This document shows, one piece after another, positions 26,431-40,602 of a stretch of DNA of 64,000 nt (positions within the stretch are counted from its first letter, which is position 1; each line of letters starts with the position of its first letter). Where the stretch lies: contig MU058844.1 in assembly GCA_013265495.1 (NCBI GenBank), positions 4,331,535 through 4,395,534 on the forward strand. Direction: 5' to 3'. This stretch comes from Vicugna vicugna. Lineage: Eukaryota. The notes beneath the pieces are model-generated. The model had not been told where the DNA came from, made no database searches, and saw nothing but the letters and a program-made list of their open reading frames with translations. A program made the position numbers and the translations under genes.

Positions 26431-28619
26431 ATTAATCCAGTTAGTAGCATATCTCTAGGATTTTTGGAGTCAAGAAAGGTAAAAGAAAAAGGGTTTTAGC
26501 GATGTTGAAACTTAGACTTGTTCACTAGTCCTCTACAGGGTCCTGAATACTAAAGACGAAATTTTTAAGTATGCTGGATAAGAGTTTACTGGATGAACCA
26601 GTTTTCTTAACAAAACAAAAATCATCTAAAGCAATCAAACATAAAAAATTAAATTCTGACGCCTGAAACTTTGGGAATCAGAAAGGAAACAGAGGAGCAA
26701 ATGCTAAAACTCAGTAGGATTTACATGATAAAATCAGCCATCTTGGAATTAAGAAGAAAAAAATATATATATAAATATATATACATATATATGTATAATC
26801 CAAAGACAACAAACTAAAAAATGGGACAAGAGGGAGAAGAATTTGTTATTAATTATTCTCACTAGAGTTCTGACATGAAAACTTCTAGGCAAAGGTGTCA
26901 CTTAGTTCTGCCCCCTAGGACCTGGGAATTTAATCTCCTGAAGCTGCAGAAATCTCCTTCACAAGACTGGAATAATGATGGCAATCTACCTTACGGAGTG
27001 CTTGTGAGGATTAAATGATGTACTAAAAATTATGCTGTGAGATCAAGGACTGGCACTGAGTTCTCAGCAAAAGTTTGATGAACATGATGATTTCATTCCC
27101 TCAGTCTAGTTTCCTAATTCCTCTGATACACTAGAATGGAAAAAAACAGATCTAGGAGTTAAGAGCACTCCCTTCCAAGTTTGTATCACTTTCTAACCAG
27201 CAGAGTTGCACCAGTGAAGTTACCTGGATTGAATTTTCTCATATTTTGAGTACATTATTAGTCCCCAAATGTTATTATTCAAATACACCGCATCTCTTTT
27301 ACACAGTATAAAATTAATGAACTGTCACTTATGTCTGAAAAGAAAAAAAAAAAGCCAAGTGACAAGAATCTCACTTTCTTACATAAATAAGAGAAAAAAG
27401 CTCAGCTGTAAAAGCATCTTCTGTAAACTATTAAGAAAAAAAGTAAAATTAGAAAATATCATTTTCCAGCATTTGAAAGTTCTTTGGCACACTTAGGTTG
27501 ATTCATACAGATTTGAAAAGTTTACATGTATGGTCAAAGTTAAAATTTGTTTTGACATTTTCTTGGCCTACTATTTGAGAATTTTTAGAATAATTCTTCA
27601 TAAAATATGATAGGACACAATTGTTTTGGAGAACTGCCTCATGAAACTGAATTTTTTTTATCCTGATGAAAACACTATAACTCATTGTTTGTTTAGGTTT
27701 CACTAAAGTATACTTACTTGCCTTTAGAAACACTTGAAAATTTTTACTTTAATTATATGTTAATTAAGAAAAAAATCAACTGGAAAAATGACTCAAAAAA
27801 CCCCCAACAAAATGTAGAGAGGTGTCTCAAAGAAGCCTAGAGAAAAAAAAATTAATACAAAGTAAATATGGATTGAAAGCTAATAGACAACACATAAATG
27901 GAGGACATATCACAGTTTATGGTTTGAGGTTTCTAAATGTATACTTAATTGGGATATAGAATAAGATGCATTGGCAAAAAATCATCTAATGTCTTAGAAA
28001 ATATTTAAAGAAACATGCAAATCTTATGGTGTTTCCTCTTTCAGTCTGAAGTACCTTCCATGGGAAAGTAGTATGGATATGTTATTTTTATTTGGAAAAT
28101 TTTAAATTATTCTAATCAAACAATTATTATTTTCAAAGTCAAAAATAAAATAAAAGGAAACATGGAAACTTAAAGTAATCACTCCTATCATAAAACATTT
28201 TCTTTTCGTATCATTTATAAAATTATGATATACCTGCAAATACTATTTCATGGAGCTGGGTGAATTTTTCTCAGTGGTAGCACTTCTAGTTGTCTGATTT
28301 TTATGTCAGAAAGAATATATTAATTTATAATTAAAATATGTTAGTAAGTAACTAGGAAATGACATAAATATTTCATTAAGTGAGGTATACATCAATTTAT
28401 AGATAAAAAAATTAATTCATCTTACATGAAAAATCTGCTAACTTACATGGTAAGATTTTCTCTGTTGAGAGAGGACTGGCACTAGAGCAAGTTACTGAGG
28501 GTGACTAGATCTTTGGAAATAATCGTAAGTGAAATAAATGGAGATATGATGTTTATATCCTTCATGGAGCTTGTACCTCAATATAAATAAATACACAAAT
28601 AGACATTTATTTATACATG

Positions 28620-28910
28620 TGCTATTTACATGTTTCTCACTTCATTTGGGCTTTTGCTTAAAAATAAGCATTTCAAAATGTTTTCCCAAATCATCCTATA
28701 TAAAATAGTCCCATTACCTCACCTTACTTTGGTTTATAGCATCTATGACTATCTAATACTTTATTTTTTGTATGCTTATCTTCTCCCCTCTCATTAGTGT
28801 AAGTCCCATGCAAGTAGGGATTGTTTTATTTACTAGCATATCCTAGAATCTATTAAAGTGATTGGAATACAAATGTGCTTAGTAAAAAGCACTTGACTAA
28901 ATAAATGAAA
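28620..28910 (+). mobile_element. L2 3' end
   Basis: ctccccctctcattagtgtaagtcccatgcaagtagggattgttttatttact-like ... aaataaatgaa. Confidence 0.6.
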
Positions 28911-30261
28911 TACTATTTGTCTTCTTGAGCAGAGGTTGCTGTTGAAGGTCAGAATATTGTGCCTTGTCCAAGGGTTGGCTTACAATAAAGAATGACTGAA
29001 TTTTATATTAATGCTAAAAAAAAATCCTTGGAGTGTTCAGGAAGATAATATGGCATTTTGTGGAAACTACTTGAGTTCTCACGCCCTAAGATGTCCCTTA
29101 TCTAATTTGGGCATATTGTATAACCTAATGCAATGTTCAACATTTTCCTCCAAGTTTAGATAAATTGGTTTTCCAAATTATGACCGTCTATAAGTAAAAC
29201 TATACATACTGCTATTTCTCAGTGCTTTACTCTGCCTCTAAGTGAAACTCCTCCTTGGTGGGATTATCCACATCTGGTCCCTACCCAACCCCACTCCCCC
29301 CCACCCCCAGCCAAACAAAACCACCACTTCCAGATCTCAGGAAGCTTGGATAATAGTCCATGATCCAACTTGGATTCTCAAGTTTAATCTCTCTGCTACC
29401 CTCTTAGCTGTTTCCAACTTGTATTACGGATCTAATCAATTTCTTAGCTTACATTACTCTCTCTAAATTAAGAGGTTAACTAGATAGGCACAAAGTTCCT
29501 TTTCATGTCTTACTCTCTATAATTTTATATGATACATCTCTTGGAACTTCTAATTAGTATATCAGAGGAATAATATATTTCAAACTACTTTTATTTTAAA
29601 CATCGGCTTCAAAAATAATTTTAACTTTAAAACAGAAGTCATTTGATCATGGATTAAAACCATAAATATTACCTGCTATTAAGAGTCAATGTTTATTTAC
29701 TTATTGACCCCTTCTAAACAATCATATCATAGCATACCATAGCAAAGCTAAATTAGAATTGATGTTATTTACAAATGGGTTGATCTTCTAATAATTTTTG
29801 TTTTCTAAAGTATTTCACAGCATTGCACGATACAGTACTCTGAATTTCTCTCCCAAACTGGGATCTATTATTATATATACTGTTGTTTTTTTCATTCTAC
29901 CAGATTTATCCTGTCTGTTGTTAATGTGTTTTCTCTTACAACTAGTACTACCTGCTAATTTTAAAAGGTACAGAGATTTAGGGAAATAAATTATTCAAAC
30001 ACTGGTAACATACTGTATTTCCTTCTAGTCATACAATTATGAAAAACCAACATTATTATCTAAGATCCTATGTATATAAATGAAGTGCTAAATTATATTC
30101 TCTTGATCACACATTTTTAAACAATACCAATTATACCTTGTCTCTTTTTGCATCTGTTTTAATATTAAAATCCACATTTTCTCATATTATCAAAGCCTAT
30201 TTTTAATAGTTTTTATTTTATAACAGTTTTTATTTTTATTTCTAACAGTTTTTATTATCTT

Positions 30262-30470
30262 TTTCAGTTATCTACTACTGCATAACAGAGGAACTTAAAG
30301 CTTATGGCTTAAAACAACTTTTATTATATCTCATTATTCTGTGGTTGACTGGGCTCAGCTGGGAAGCTCTAATGTACTACATCATATTGACTGGGTTCAC
30401 AGTCATCTGGGGGCTCATTTGGGCTGAACTGTCCAAGGGGGGCTCACTCATACGGCTGACAGTTTACACA
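30262..30470 (-). mobile_element. MaLR LTR fragment
   Basis: tcagttatctactactgcataac...ggcttaaaacaac...ttctgtggttgactgggctcagctggg...ggctcactcatacggctg. Confidence 0.75.
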
Positions 30471-33400
30471 AGTTTTCAGGAACACCATTTTTAACTGCAA
30501 AGATCTATGCTACATTAGAAGACAAATATCTCTAAATGGTGGCACAGCATATGATTTTTATTTTATTTTTTCCTTATCCTTTCCTTAACTTTTAAATGCT
30601 GGAAAAATGATTTTTTCTAGGTTAAAGATGATATTTTCTAGGTTTTATCTGTAATATAATATAAATATCTATAATCTAAGTTCTCTTGTGAACATAGATT
30701 GCTTTTGTGGCAGGGTATTACTTTATAATTATTATTCATAAAAATGTATTTTTCTAAATCAGATTAGCTTACATGTATCAGTTAAAAAATAAATAGTACA
30801 ATATTTATAGAGGCAAATCACAGGCATTCTATATGTAGTTTTGAAGATTTGACAGAAAAATTTTAAAGAGTGCTATGTCCTTTAAGTAGCATTAACTTTG
30901 TAAAAGTTAAATTTTTAATTCTTATCTTATAATTCACCATAATATTTAAAGCATATTCCTTTTCATTCTCTTTTCTTCTCCATTCCCCTCCATACTCCTA
31001 GGTATAGTGTAGGGAAACATTTCAGTAATTTTTTCCCCTAGTTCTTACATTAAAAAAAAAAAGAAGTTAAAAATATCTTTAATAATCTAGTTTAGGGACA
31101 GATGGCAATACAAAAATAACAAAGTTTGCCAAAATGATGGCAAAAATGTCACATTTCTCTGAACACTGTCACTGAGCAACAGGAATAAAATTCAAAGCCT
31201 CTATGTCCCCTTCCTCAGAACTGAAGAGTGTGGTGGAATAACACTATGAGAATCAGTTAAAATAATATTTTCTCCATTTATTTCATTTTGATTAGTTAAA
31301 CTAAAAGCCTTAACATACAAATAATTCAAACTCTATCTCAATTGTCTAGTCATTAAAAACCGCAAGGCTGTGTTCTTTTTCCCTCCATGCTAGACAAAAT
31401 AGGACTTCTTAAATTACTTTACCTTTCAGCTTTCTTTTCTGTAAGATAAGGAATTGCATCCTTGAATGTTTTCCAGCTTTGATCTGATTTTGACTCCAGG
31501 GTTGAGAAAATGACAGTAGCTGTGACTGACTTCCTGGGAGGGCTTGGTCCTTACTCTTCATTCTGCTCACATCCCTCTCAACACCCCTCCCCCCACCACA
31601 ATTTAACAGCATTCTTTGTAAATTTTTATTAAGTTAAACATATTTTTTTCCTTAAGTGATAAATTAGTTCAGTCAGCAGTTGATAGGAGACTTTGAATTT
31701 ACTAAAATATTATTCTAATACTAGTATTCAATAACTTTAAATATCCAGTGGAAGACTGGATTCTATTCTTGTGATTTTGGTCAGAGTACTTCTAAACACT
31801 CCTGTGAGGCAACTATAGGCATCAGAAGAGAGATTTCTTCATTTCTAAATCAGTATCAAACTGGTAGAAACTTCTGGGATTCAAGAAAACACTCTTTTAG
31901 CAAAATGATTAGAAACTATATGCTTAAAATGTTTATTTTTTTAAAGCATTGTGCCTTTTTGTTCCTGTTGATGAAGTCTAAATCTCTAAGCTCTTTTCAT
32001 TCATTGATTCACATGTTCAACAGACATTGTATTAAGCACTAAAATTTATATTAAGTACTAAAATATGGAAGTAAGGCATCCTCATTATATTCATGAATCT
32101 TAAAATGTCTTCATATATACTGGACTACATCTTCAGAAAAGATCAATTAGTAACTTACTTGTCTGTTTCTATAATGAGGACAGCTCCAAAACATGCTAAT
32201 AGATTTACAAAGTCATTAAAAAAAAAAAGGTGTTAGTGGAAAAAGATAGTGATGAGAGCCATTTACCTTGTTCTGAGGAAGTATTTCCTATGTTTAGAGT
32301 ATCAACAATGAATACAGACAACGTATTCATTGCCTATAAAAATGATCTGGGGAGGGGTTGTGGGTGAAGGCAGAGAGAATTTATGTAGACAAACCTGACA
32401 AAGGATCATTTCTTTGAGATCCTGTATTAAATTTCACTTTCTCTATTGAACTAATTGGCTTTGTTGATGAGGTTTACCAGACATGAAAGCTCCATTCCTG
32501 CCCTACATCTGTACGTTGTTAAATGGCTTGGCCACTAAAGATGGCTAAGCTATGACACTAGCTACACCTCAGCAAAGTGTATATACATTATTCCTTGCTA
32601 GGGCTTCTTCCCCAAATCCCTGTCATATAGACTGAGGCTGGATTAAGTCATAAACATCAAAGATCCCCCACCCCCTCTTTTTTTTTTTTTTTTAATCTAT
32701 CCCTTAACGTTTAGTTCACAGCTTGCCTTTTGATCCCTTTTCCTTGGGTCCTATGCTGGCTCCAAGTGACCATCCAAAGTTGATGATCTCCCAGAGTGTT
32801 TTACAATCTATCACAGAACTTTTTCCAAGGAAGAAATTGCCAATCCAATCACAACATTCCACTGTTGAAGATAATTCATGAAAAGAATGGAACCCTGACT
32901 CCCTTTTCTTCCCTTCAAAAGCTCCACCCTAGTGTGAGTATCTTATTGCGTATCCATTAAGCAACCACTCCATATCACTAGCCTCTCTCTGAAGCTGAAG
33001 TGATAAGAATGTGGGAAGTAATCTTTACTGAAAAGAGTAAGATTAGGAAATTTTAAAGATTTTGAGAAATCTTAGCCATGGCACTGTTGAACCAAACAGA
33101 GGAAATAGAGATACAGAGCACCTAATCAAAAGAAATTCTTGGGTAATAAAAAAGCTGCTGTCAGGCTTTTACAGAAGAGAGACAATCTTAATTCTGTATT
33201 TGTCCATATCTCTGAGATAAATGTTGCTAAGCAACAAATGATGCTGATTCTCTGTTTTAAAGTCTGAATGATGAACAATTCCTGATAGGAATTGAGGGTA
33301 CAGGACAATTGTATTTAAAGCTCCAATACACCCCACCTATACAAGAGATACATGGCTATTCCAATTCAGCCAAGAGTCTACACAAATTTGGAAGATGAAG

Positions 33401-33706
33401 AAATGAAAGAAGTGACTGAATGATTTTTAAAAAGATTTAATCTCTTTAATCTCTTTCAATCTCTGTACAGATTTTCTTTGGCCACATATGCTTAAGGGTT
33501 TCACCAGAGAATTAGGGGTGAAGGTTCCTAAGGACCTCGTTGTTGAGAGTAGGCTGTATTTATAGTCATTCTTAACGTAACTGCATAGTAATTTACATAT
33601 TTTTTCAAGACTTAGTGTATATTTAGTTCATTTCAAGATATTCTTACATTATTTTTCATAAAATCCTAAGTAGAATAACTCTTTACATTTATTAAAGGCA
33701 ATTAGG

Positions 33707-34148
33707 AGTTAGTACCTACAAATCCTAAACTCCCAATTTACCCCTCCCCATCCCTTTTCCCCACTGGTAACCATAACTTTGTTTTTTATGCCTGTGAGTC
33801 TGTCTCTGTTTTGTAAATAAGTTCATTTATATTCTTTTCTTAAATACCACATATAAGTGATATCATATGGTATTTTCTCTTTCTGGCTTACTTCACTTAC
33901 TATAAACATTTCGAGGTCCATCTATGTTGCTTCAAATGGCATTATGTTATTATACTACTATATATAAAATAGATAAACAACAAAGTCCTACTGTATAGCA
34001 CAGGGAACTATATTCAATACCTTGTAATAGCCTATAATGAAAAAGAATATGAAAAGGAATATACATATATTTGTGTATAACTGAATTACTATGCTGTACA
34101 CCAGAAATTAATACAACATTGTAAATCGACTAAACTTCAATTTAAAAA
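33707..34148 (+). mobile_element. 5'-inverted (twin-primed) L1 3' end with 13-bp TSD
   Basis: ~33707-33950 is antisense L1 and ~33951-34148 is the sense L1 3' end with A-tail. AAAGGCAATTAGG lies at 33694-33706 and 34149-34161. Confidence 0.9.
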
Positions 34149-34579
34149 AAAGGCAATTAGGTGATCTGATAGAAATAAAGGAATTGCTAACATTCAGATG
34201 CCCTGAATGGCTAGAGAAGCAGAGCTGTCTGAGAATAGTGTTTCAATACAACTGATTCCTACTGAGTTGTGCAGCAAATGTTTCATAGACCCTGCTATCA
34301 GTCGGCCAACTGGAGTAAACATTTTGCAGTAATTTGGACTGTCAGAGAGTTAAAATGTTTATGTACCTCCATTGTCACTGAAAGGATTTCTGGTTCTCTA
34401 ACCAAAAGTATAAGAGAAGGAATAATAAGTAGCAATAAAAATGATCACCACTCAATCTAATACTAAAAGATACAGATTCAGAATATAGATTTTAAAAAGC
34501 CACTTTAATTAAAAATATTAGCTAAGTCAGTGATGAAGCTGAGAACTTAGTGCATCCTAAAATTTACTCTACTTAAGGA

Positions 34580-34900
34580 TTATTTGTTCTCTCCTGATTT
34601 CAGATTTACTAGCCACTCTTACTCAATTCTTTTAGACCGATTTCAAATACCACCTCTTTGGTGAAGCTGTCTTTGTCCTCTCTCTGCAAATATACACACC
34701 TTCTCCAGCAGTACTCACTGTTCTCCAAGTGTTCTTAGAACACTTTGTACATAACTGTCATAATTTATTATTAGAGTTAGTTGTTACATATTCCTTTCCC
34801 ACTAGCTGTGAAATTATCTAAGGCATGGATAGCATTTTATTAGTAAGTTTATCCCAGGGCTTAATACAGTGTCTAAAACTAAGCAGTCACTAATTAAATA
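34580..34900 (+). mobile_element. L2 3' fragment
   Basis: tcaaataccacctctttggtgaagct...cccactagctgtgaaattatctaaggcatgga...cccagggcttaatacagtgtct. Confidence 0.6.
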
Positions 34901-35034
34901 CAGGATTTGGTGGAATGGTGGATATGCAGCCAGTTCCACTAAAAAGTGACCATGGATTACAGTTCAGTAATTAAACAATTATTCCTTTTAGGAAAACTAA
35001 GGCACTCTTCATCTACCAGCAAGACATTAAGGAT

Positions 35035-35710
35035 AGTATCAATCCAATCAATCCCAGCAGGCTTTTTTTATAAAAATTGAGAAGCTGATTTAAAAATGTT
35101 TATGGAAATACAAGAACTCAGCATATCCAACACAGTCATGAGAAAGGAGACTAAAGCTGGAGAGCTTATAGTGCCTGATTCCAAGACTTAATATAAATGT
35201 ACAATATTTGAACAGTGTGGTACTGGCATATGGATCAACAACTAGATCAATATGACAGAATAGAGAGCTCAGAAACTGACTTACACTTTCATGCAAGTTT
35301 TTGGTTTTTGACAAAGGCTCCAAAGCAATGGATGATAAATAAGTCTTTTCAGCAAATGGTACTAGAAAAAGTAGATATACATATGAAAACAAAAAACTCT
35401 GACCCTTACCTAACACCATACACAAAAATTAATTTGAGATGGATCATAGACTTAAATGTTAAAGCTAACATTATACAAATTTTAGAAGGAAATATAACAA
35501 AATATATTTGTGACCCAGGGGTAGCCAAAGGTTTCTCAGATAAGACAGAAAAAACAATAACCATAAAACAAAAGATGATATAGCTTAGATTTAATCAAAA
35601 GAACAGTTTTGACTACTTACCAAAAGACATCATTAAGAAAATTAACAGGCAAGACACAGAATGTGAAAAAAATATTTAGAAAACCTGTATCTACTAAAGA
35701 GCTGGTACCC
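35035..35710 (+). mobile_element. L1 ORF2 fragment
   Basis: ORF 35215..35583 (WYWH..QLDQYDRIESSE...DPYLTPYTKINLRWIIDLNVK) is an L1 ORF2 remnant. Confidence 0.9.
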
Positions 35711-35749
35711 TTTATTATAGACATAGATATGATCATATCAAGAGTAGGA

Positions 35750-35915
35750 GGTTTTGTTGGCTGTTGATAGGAACTAACGAAAAACAGTAGGCAGGTTAAC
35801 CTTGATCAGAGGCAGTTCAGGTTGTTGAGCCCATGCGTAGCCTCTATCCCTGTCACCATGGCCACTTTTCCTATGAGCTCATTGAGCAACCACTGGGATG
35901 GCTGGAGAAAGAGGC
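35750..35915 (-). mobile_element. ERVL/MaLR-internal pol remnant (integrase N-terminal zinc-binding region)
   Basis: Minus strand translates PLSPAIPVVAQ*AHRKSGHGDRDRGYAWAQQPELPLIKVNL, versus recalled ERVL PLSPATPVIAQWAHEQSGHGGRDGGYAWAQQHGLPLTKADL. Confidence 0.85.
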
Positions 35916-36779
35916 ATCTAGCCAAGAAGCAACTATTGTTGAGAGAGCAAGCCAAGAGTGAAAATTGTCCAGATTGCTTCATTTCCTTCATTGGAATATC
36001 AAGGGGTTAAAGGACCCATTTTACAGAGCTCTCCGGGAGTACAGAGACACTTCCCAACCCGTAACAGAAAAGCAGCCAAGCTTGCTGCCACTCAATGGCA
36101 GAAGTGAGATACGACACAGAAGACACACAAAAAGCCCATTTTCTGGTCCCAAGTGAGAGTAGGAAGAGACAGCAAGAAAGAAAGGTAAACATGAGATGAC
36201 TGTATGACAACCTCCCTTCTTCCCCAGCCTCTGACTTAGTTTAAGAGAGAGGAGAATGTGATTTAGAAAAGTGAAGGCAACATGAGGGAGGGAGGACCAG
36301 TGTGGCTATCCCCTAATCTCTTATTTAAGACATAGGAAGAGTTTACCTTGTGTAATGCTCTTGAGCCAACTTGGGGCTTGGCTATACTTCCTTGATGTTC
36401 TATGAGATAGAAAGAGAGGGGCTCTTAGAGCTTAACTTTCCCAAGCTGCTTTCCAGATTTGAATGGCATGGATGAGTGTTGAGAGCAGAGAGCTTGCCAT
36501 GGGGCCTGTGGGAAGGGGCACATAGACAGAGGTTTAGGGTTGAGAGCAAGAGGACATGGAAATGCCTCTTGGGTCTGCATCTAGCAGGAAATGAAGTCAG
36601 CTAGGGAATCCCTTCAAAATCTGGCTGAGACAAGGGGTGCCAGTTTATGAGTGACCTTACCTACAGACTAGAATCAGAGATTGTTCTAACCAAGACCAGA
36701 GGCTAGCCAGGCCCTCTCCACAGCTCTAAAACTTCCTTTTCAACACTGTCTTGGGAATTCCTCACACTCTTCCTAGTTT

Positions 36780-38400
36780 GGAACACTTGTTTCTTGAATC
36801 TCATACTTCTTTGTTTTCACCCCCAATATCTTCTGGAGCATAGAAGTTTCTTGAAAAGGAAGGTTTGGAAGGAAAGTTAAAAAAATTTTTTTTCTTTTTA
36901 AAAATTTTTTTTTAATGGGGGGGAGGTAATTTTAGGTTTATTTATTTGCTTTAAAACTTTTTTTTAAACAGAGGTACTGGGAATTGAACCCAGGACTTCA
37001 TGCATGCTAGGCATGCACTCTTATCACTGAGTTATATCCTCCCCTGGGAAGAAAATTTTTTAAGAATTTGGTTACCTGAAAATGTTTTTATTATATATTT
37101 ATACCTCAATTAACAATTTTGGTTTATTTCTGAGAACACTGTAGCTAAGTAAAAAATTGTTAAATGAGAAAATAGTTCCATCAATTTTAAGGGGAAAAAC
37201 TATGATCATTCTTTCCCAATTCAAAATAAACATGATTTTCAGGAAAAAAAATCAATTAAGCAATGAAAATATGTTTATATAACTAAAATACAACATTCTG
37301 AAAATAAATAAATACGGTCTGTATGTAAAATGTAGCTAAATGAACATTTACTGTACTTACCAAAGGAAAAAGAAGAGACTATAGCGGGTGGCGGCTGGTG
37401 GAAGGAGGTACAAGGCAGCAATTCTTTGAAAGATAATGGAGAATTAGATAATCAACTTCTGGGCAGGCATTCAATGTCAGAATCAGGTATGCTTGATGAT
37501 ATTTTTGTTTTCTTTGAGACACTGGCAAAATAAAGCTATGCCTAAGAGCACTTTGAAATAAATGAATAAAACACAAAATAACCATAATATATATGCACTG
37601 AAGGGTCATAGAAAATCATGTCTCTTCCCCTTTCTTGGCTATTTATTCATATTTAAGAATGAAGCTCTAAAATGCTGACTGGATACTGTCTGTTCAAGGG
37701 TGAGATGTGTTGATTGGGGGGTTATGACAATGTGGTGATTGTAGATGATTGTTTAAGGACTTTCAAATTATAGAATCTGTGGTGTTTTCCTTTTAGACTG
37801 GTTTGTTTCCCCAGAAAGTACTGCTCCAGTCTTTTACTAAGGAATGCATTTGATGGATGGCACAGGCTTAACTGTCAGTATTCTTGAAGCTAAATATGGG
37901 AAGATGGTTGGACTCTCATAGTTTGCTCTGTATAGTTTCAATTAATCAACAATTCTTTAGCATGTGTCTCTTAGTGCAGTAGAATACAATTTCACCAGAA
38001 AGCAAATTTCTTTTTTACTACCAGGAAGGTAGATACTAGTGAGAGGTCAGGAAAGACTCAAGATGCCTAACTACCTCTTACACAGACTTTGACACATTCT
38101 TTCTACCTTCCAGGGTACCTAATGTTTCTTAATCCTGAATCTTTATGGTTCTATGACACTTATTCTCTTGTGTCATTTGACATCTTTCTGTACAAAAACT
38201 TAGATTTCTGCTTTTTTATCTTTGCTGAAATGAGTTACCAATTCATCTGTCAGCTTTCCATCTTCAAAAATTTGTTGACATCTTTCAGTACCATCATCCT
38301 CCACTCCTTTTGTCCTTTCTAGTTTACACATTATTATTCCTTTACAATAGTTTTGGAAGCGGTAGGGACAAAAACAAATTCACCTACAATATTTAACTAG
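36780..38400 (-). mobile_element. HAL1/L1ME-like fragments (discontinuous)
   Basis: agtttcttgaaaaggaagg[SINE]aaattttttaagaatttggttacctgaaaatgtttttatt, and cagctttccatcttcaaaaatttgttgacatct, resemble HAL1 antisense. Confidence 0.5.
36880..37044 (-). mobile_element. tRNA-derived SINE, camelid Vic-1-like, inserted in a HAL1/L1ME-like fossil
   Basis: Reverse complement reads GGGGAGGATATAACTCAGTGATAAGAGTGCATGCCTAGCATGCATGAAGTCCTGGGTTCAATTCCCAGTACCTC...AATTACCTCCCCC, homologous to the copy at 1556. T-rich tail on +. Confidence 0.85.
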
Positions 38401-38624
38401 AAATTTCCTACTCTTTTTCCAAGACTCAGTACAATTTGCTCACATCAAATGATTTTGAACTAAAATTTTAGTAGATACCAAAGAGTAAATGTGAAAGACT
38501 AAAATGGCAAAAAAAAAAAGATGTAAGAAGTATTCCAGGTGAGCTGAAAGTAAAACTTGCCATAATGTGTTATTAGGAGTTTCCTTATTATTAAATGGTA
38601 CTTACAATTATTAATATATATGAG

Positions 38625-38800
38625 GAAAGACTTTGGAGTCAAGTGAACCTGGATTCAATTTATAGCTGTGTGACCTAGACAAAGTTGCTGTGGCCTCCTC
38701 CTTTATAATGTGAAGACAACGAATGCCTTCCTGATAAGGTTTTTATAAGGACTAGTTTAGAAAATTTCAAGTGCTTAAGCTAATACCTTACTCAAACATG
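38625..38800 (+). mobile_element. MIR
   Basis: agactttggagtcaagtgaacctggattcaat..tagctgtgtgacct. Confidence 0.65.
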
Positions 38801-40214
38801 GTGCTTTTTGGTAGTTATTATGTTAAATTTGGCCATCTATCATAATATTTATACTCCTGAAGAGTTCTACATTTTATAGTATATTCTTTTTGTTTTTATA
38901 TAGGATGTATATAGTGCATGTAGTAGGTACATGCTATATAGTATGAGCATATTATATAGTATATAAGTGAACAATTTGAAGAGGCACTGGTAGAAGAGCA
39001 AGAAGAAGGACTGAAATCTGAAGTTTCACTTTTGAAGCCATCTATATCTATTCTACTCTACCTGCCTTCCACATTGTAAAGACATTCCTACTAGTGCTAG
39101 CTGCTCAGAGTTGTCCACTGGCTCTCCTGTTGATGCTAAAGGGATTTGATCTATGCAAGAAGGAAAAATAGAGTAAAATTTATAGCTGAGGTAAACTTCT
39201 GAGTGTCACGAACTGTTGAAGTTATGAACTGACCCTTCACTTGGCTTCTTGCATTGACTCTATTCTCTTCTTCTTTACAATCTTCTTTGGGCTTTTAGCT
39301 CAAGTCTATCTTAAGAACTACAGGCAGACTTCAGTCAGGGTCCTTGACCAGAAATGAAATGTGTAGTATCATGTTCAGATATTTGCATGAGGTCCTTAAG
39401 GATGTCAAACCCAGCAAAGAAATCCTAGAACAATGCATGCCCTGGACCTTCATTCAAATAAAATATGCTTAAGTTCTAAATCTAAAACTTGAACAGCAAA
39501 AATGAAAATTATAAATATTAAATCTACATTTTAATCATTATCAAAGCCAGTAAAATTTCCTTTAACCCAGGGAATATAACTCTAGTATCTATCTGTCTGT
39601 CTACCTATCTATCTATTGATACCATCATGGAGTTCTTAAAATAATTTTCTTTCTCAAAACACTTTTAAAAAAATTCTAAGTTGAGCATGGAAACAAACAG
39701 GATCAAAATGTTAGAATAATTTTTCAAATAATTTGTACTGGAAATTTTAGTTGGAGTTAAAGAGAAGAGCTCTCTCTGCACGTGCATAGAACTATACATA
39801 ACTAAATAATACTGCATGTAAATGCAAACACATTTTATTTTAACAGCTTTCAATAATTTAATTCATTCATACTTTTTCTTTTGAAATCCATTAATATCTA
39901 GATTTATAACCTGAAAACTTCCTCTTTGGGCATAGGGAAACATTCCTTTGTCTATTTGAAGACAAGAGGACAGATTTTTCACTTCGTTTTTAATAATATA
40001 CTCTGTCTTCTCAGTTATTTGCTAGGAGAAAATGATTAAAAAGCAGTTACATACGAGAGAGCCTTTAAAGACTTCAAGGAAAGCGATCAGGTTTGAGACT
40101 GTGTTTACTATTTTTTTATGTCAGAAATAGATTGAAGGCAGGGTTGTTTTTTTTAGAACAATAAACTATAATTTTTAAAATTTCAAATGTGAAAACTAAG
40201 CTGTTGTCCTGTAG

Positions 40215-40602
40215 ATTTTGGGACCCAATCTAATCATGTGAGTCCTTCAAATTCAGAGACTCTTTCCTGTCCTGGCTATGATGAGAAAGGTACAACAGAC
40301 AGAAGGATCAGTGAGGTGCAACATGAGGGCCTGACCCACCATTGCTGGCTTTGGGGATGGAGAAAGGGGAGCACAAGCCAAAGAGTGCGGTGACCTCTAC
40401 CAACTGGAAAAGGCAAAGAAAGGAACTCTTCTCTAGAACCTCCAGAAAGGAGCACAGCACTGTCCACATCTTGGTTTTAGCCCAGTGAGACACAGGCTTC
40501 TGTTCGATTTCTGATGACAGAACTGTAAGATAATAAATTTTTGTTGTTTTATGTCATTATATGGAGAGTAATATGTTATGGCAGCAATAGAAAACTAACA
40601 CA
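40215..40602 (+). mobile_element. MaLR solo LTR (MLT1D-like)
   Basis: ccattgctggctttgg, ctggaaaaggcaaagaaagga, ttctctagaacctccagaaagga, ttttagcccagtgagac, gaactgtaagataataaattt, gcagcaatagaaaactaacaca. Confidence 0.88.

Noticed and set aside
8170..35915. One giant fragmented ERVL provirus joining the two pol remnants
   Set aside because: On the minus strand the integrase piece lies upstream of the RT-RNase H connection piece, the reverse of pol order, and they are 27 kb apart.
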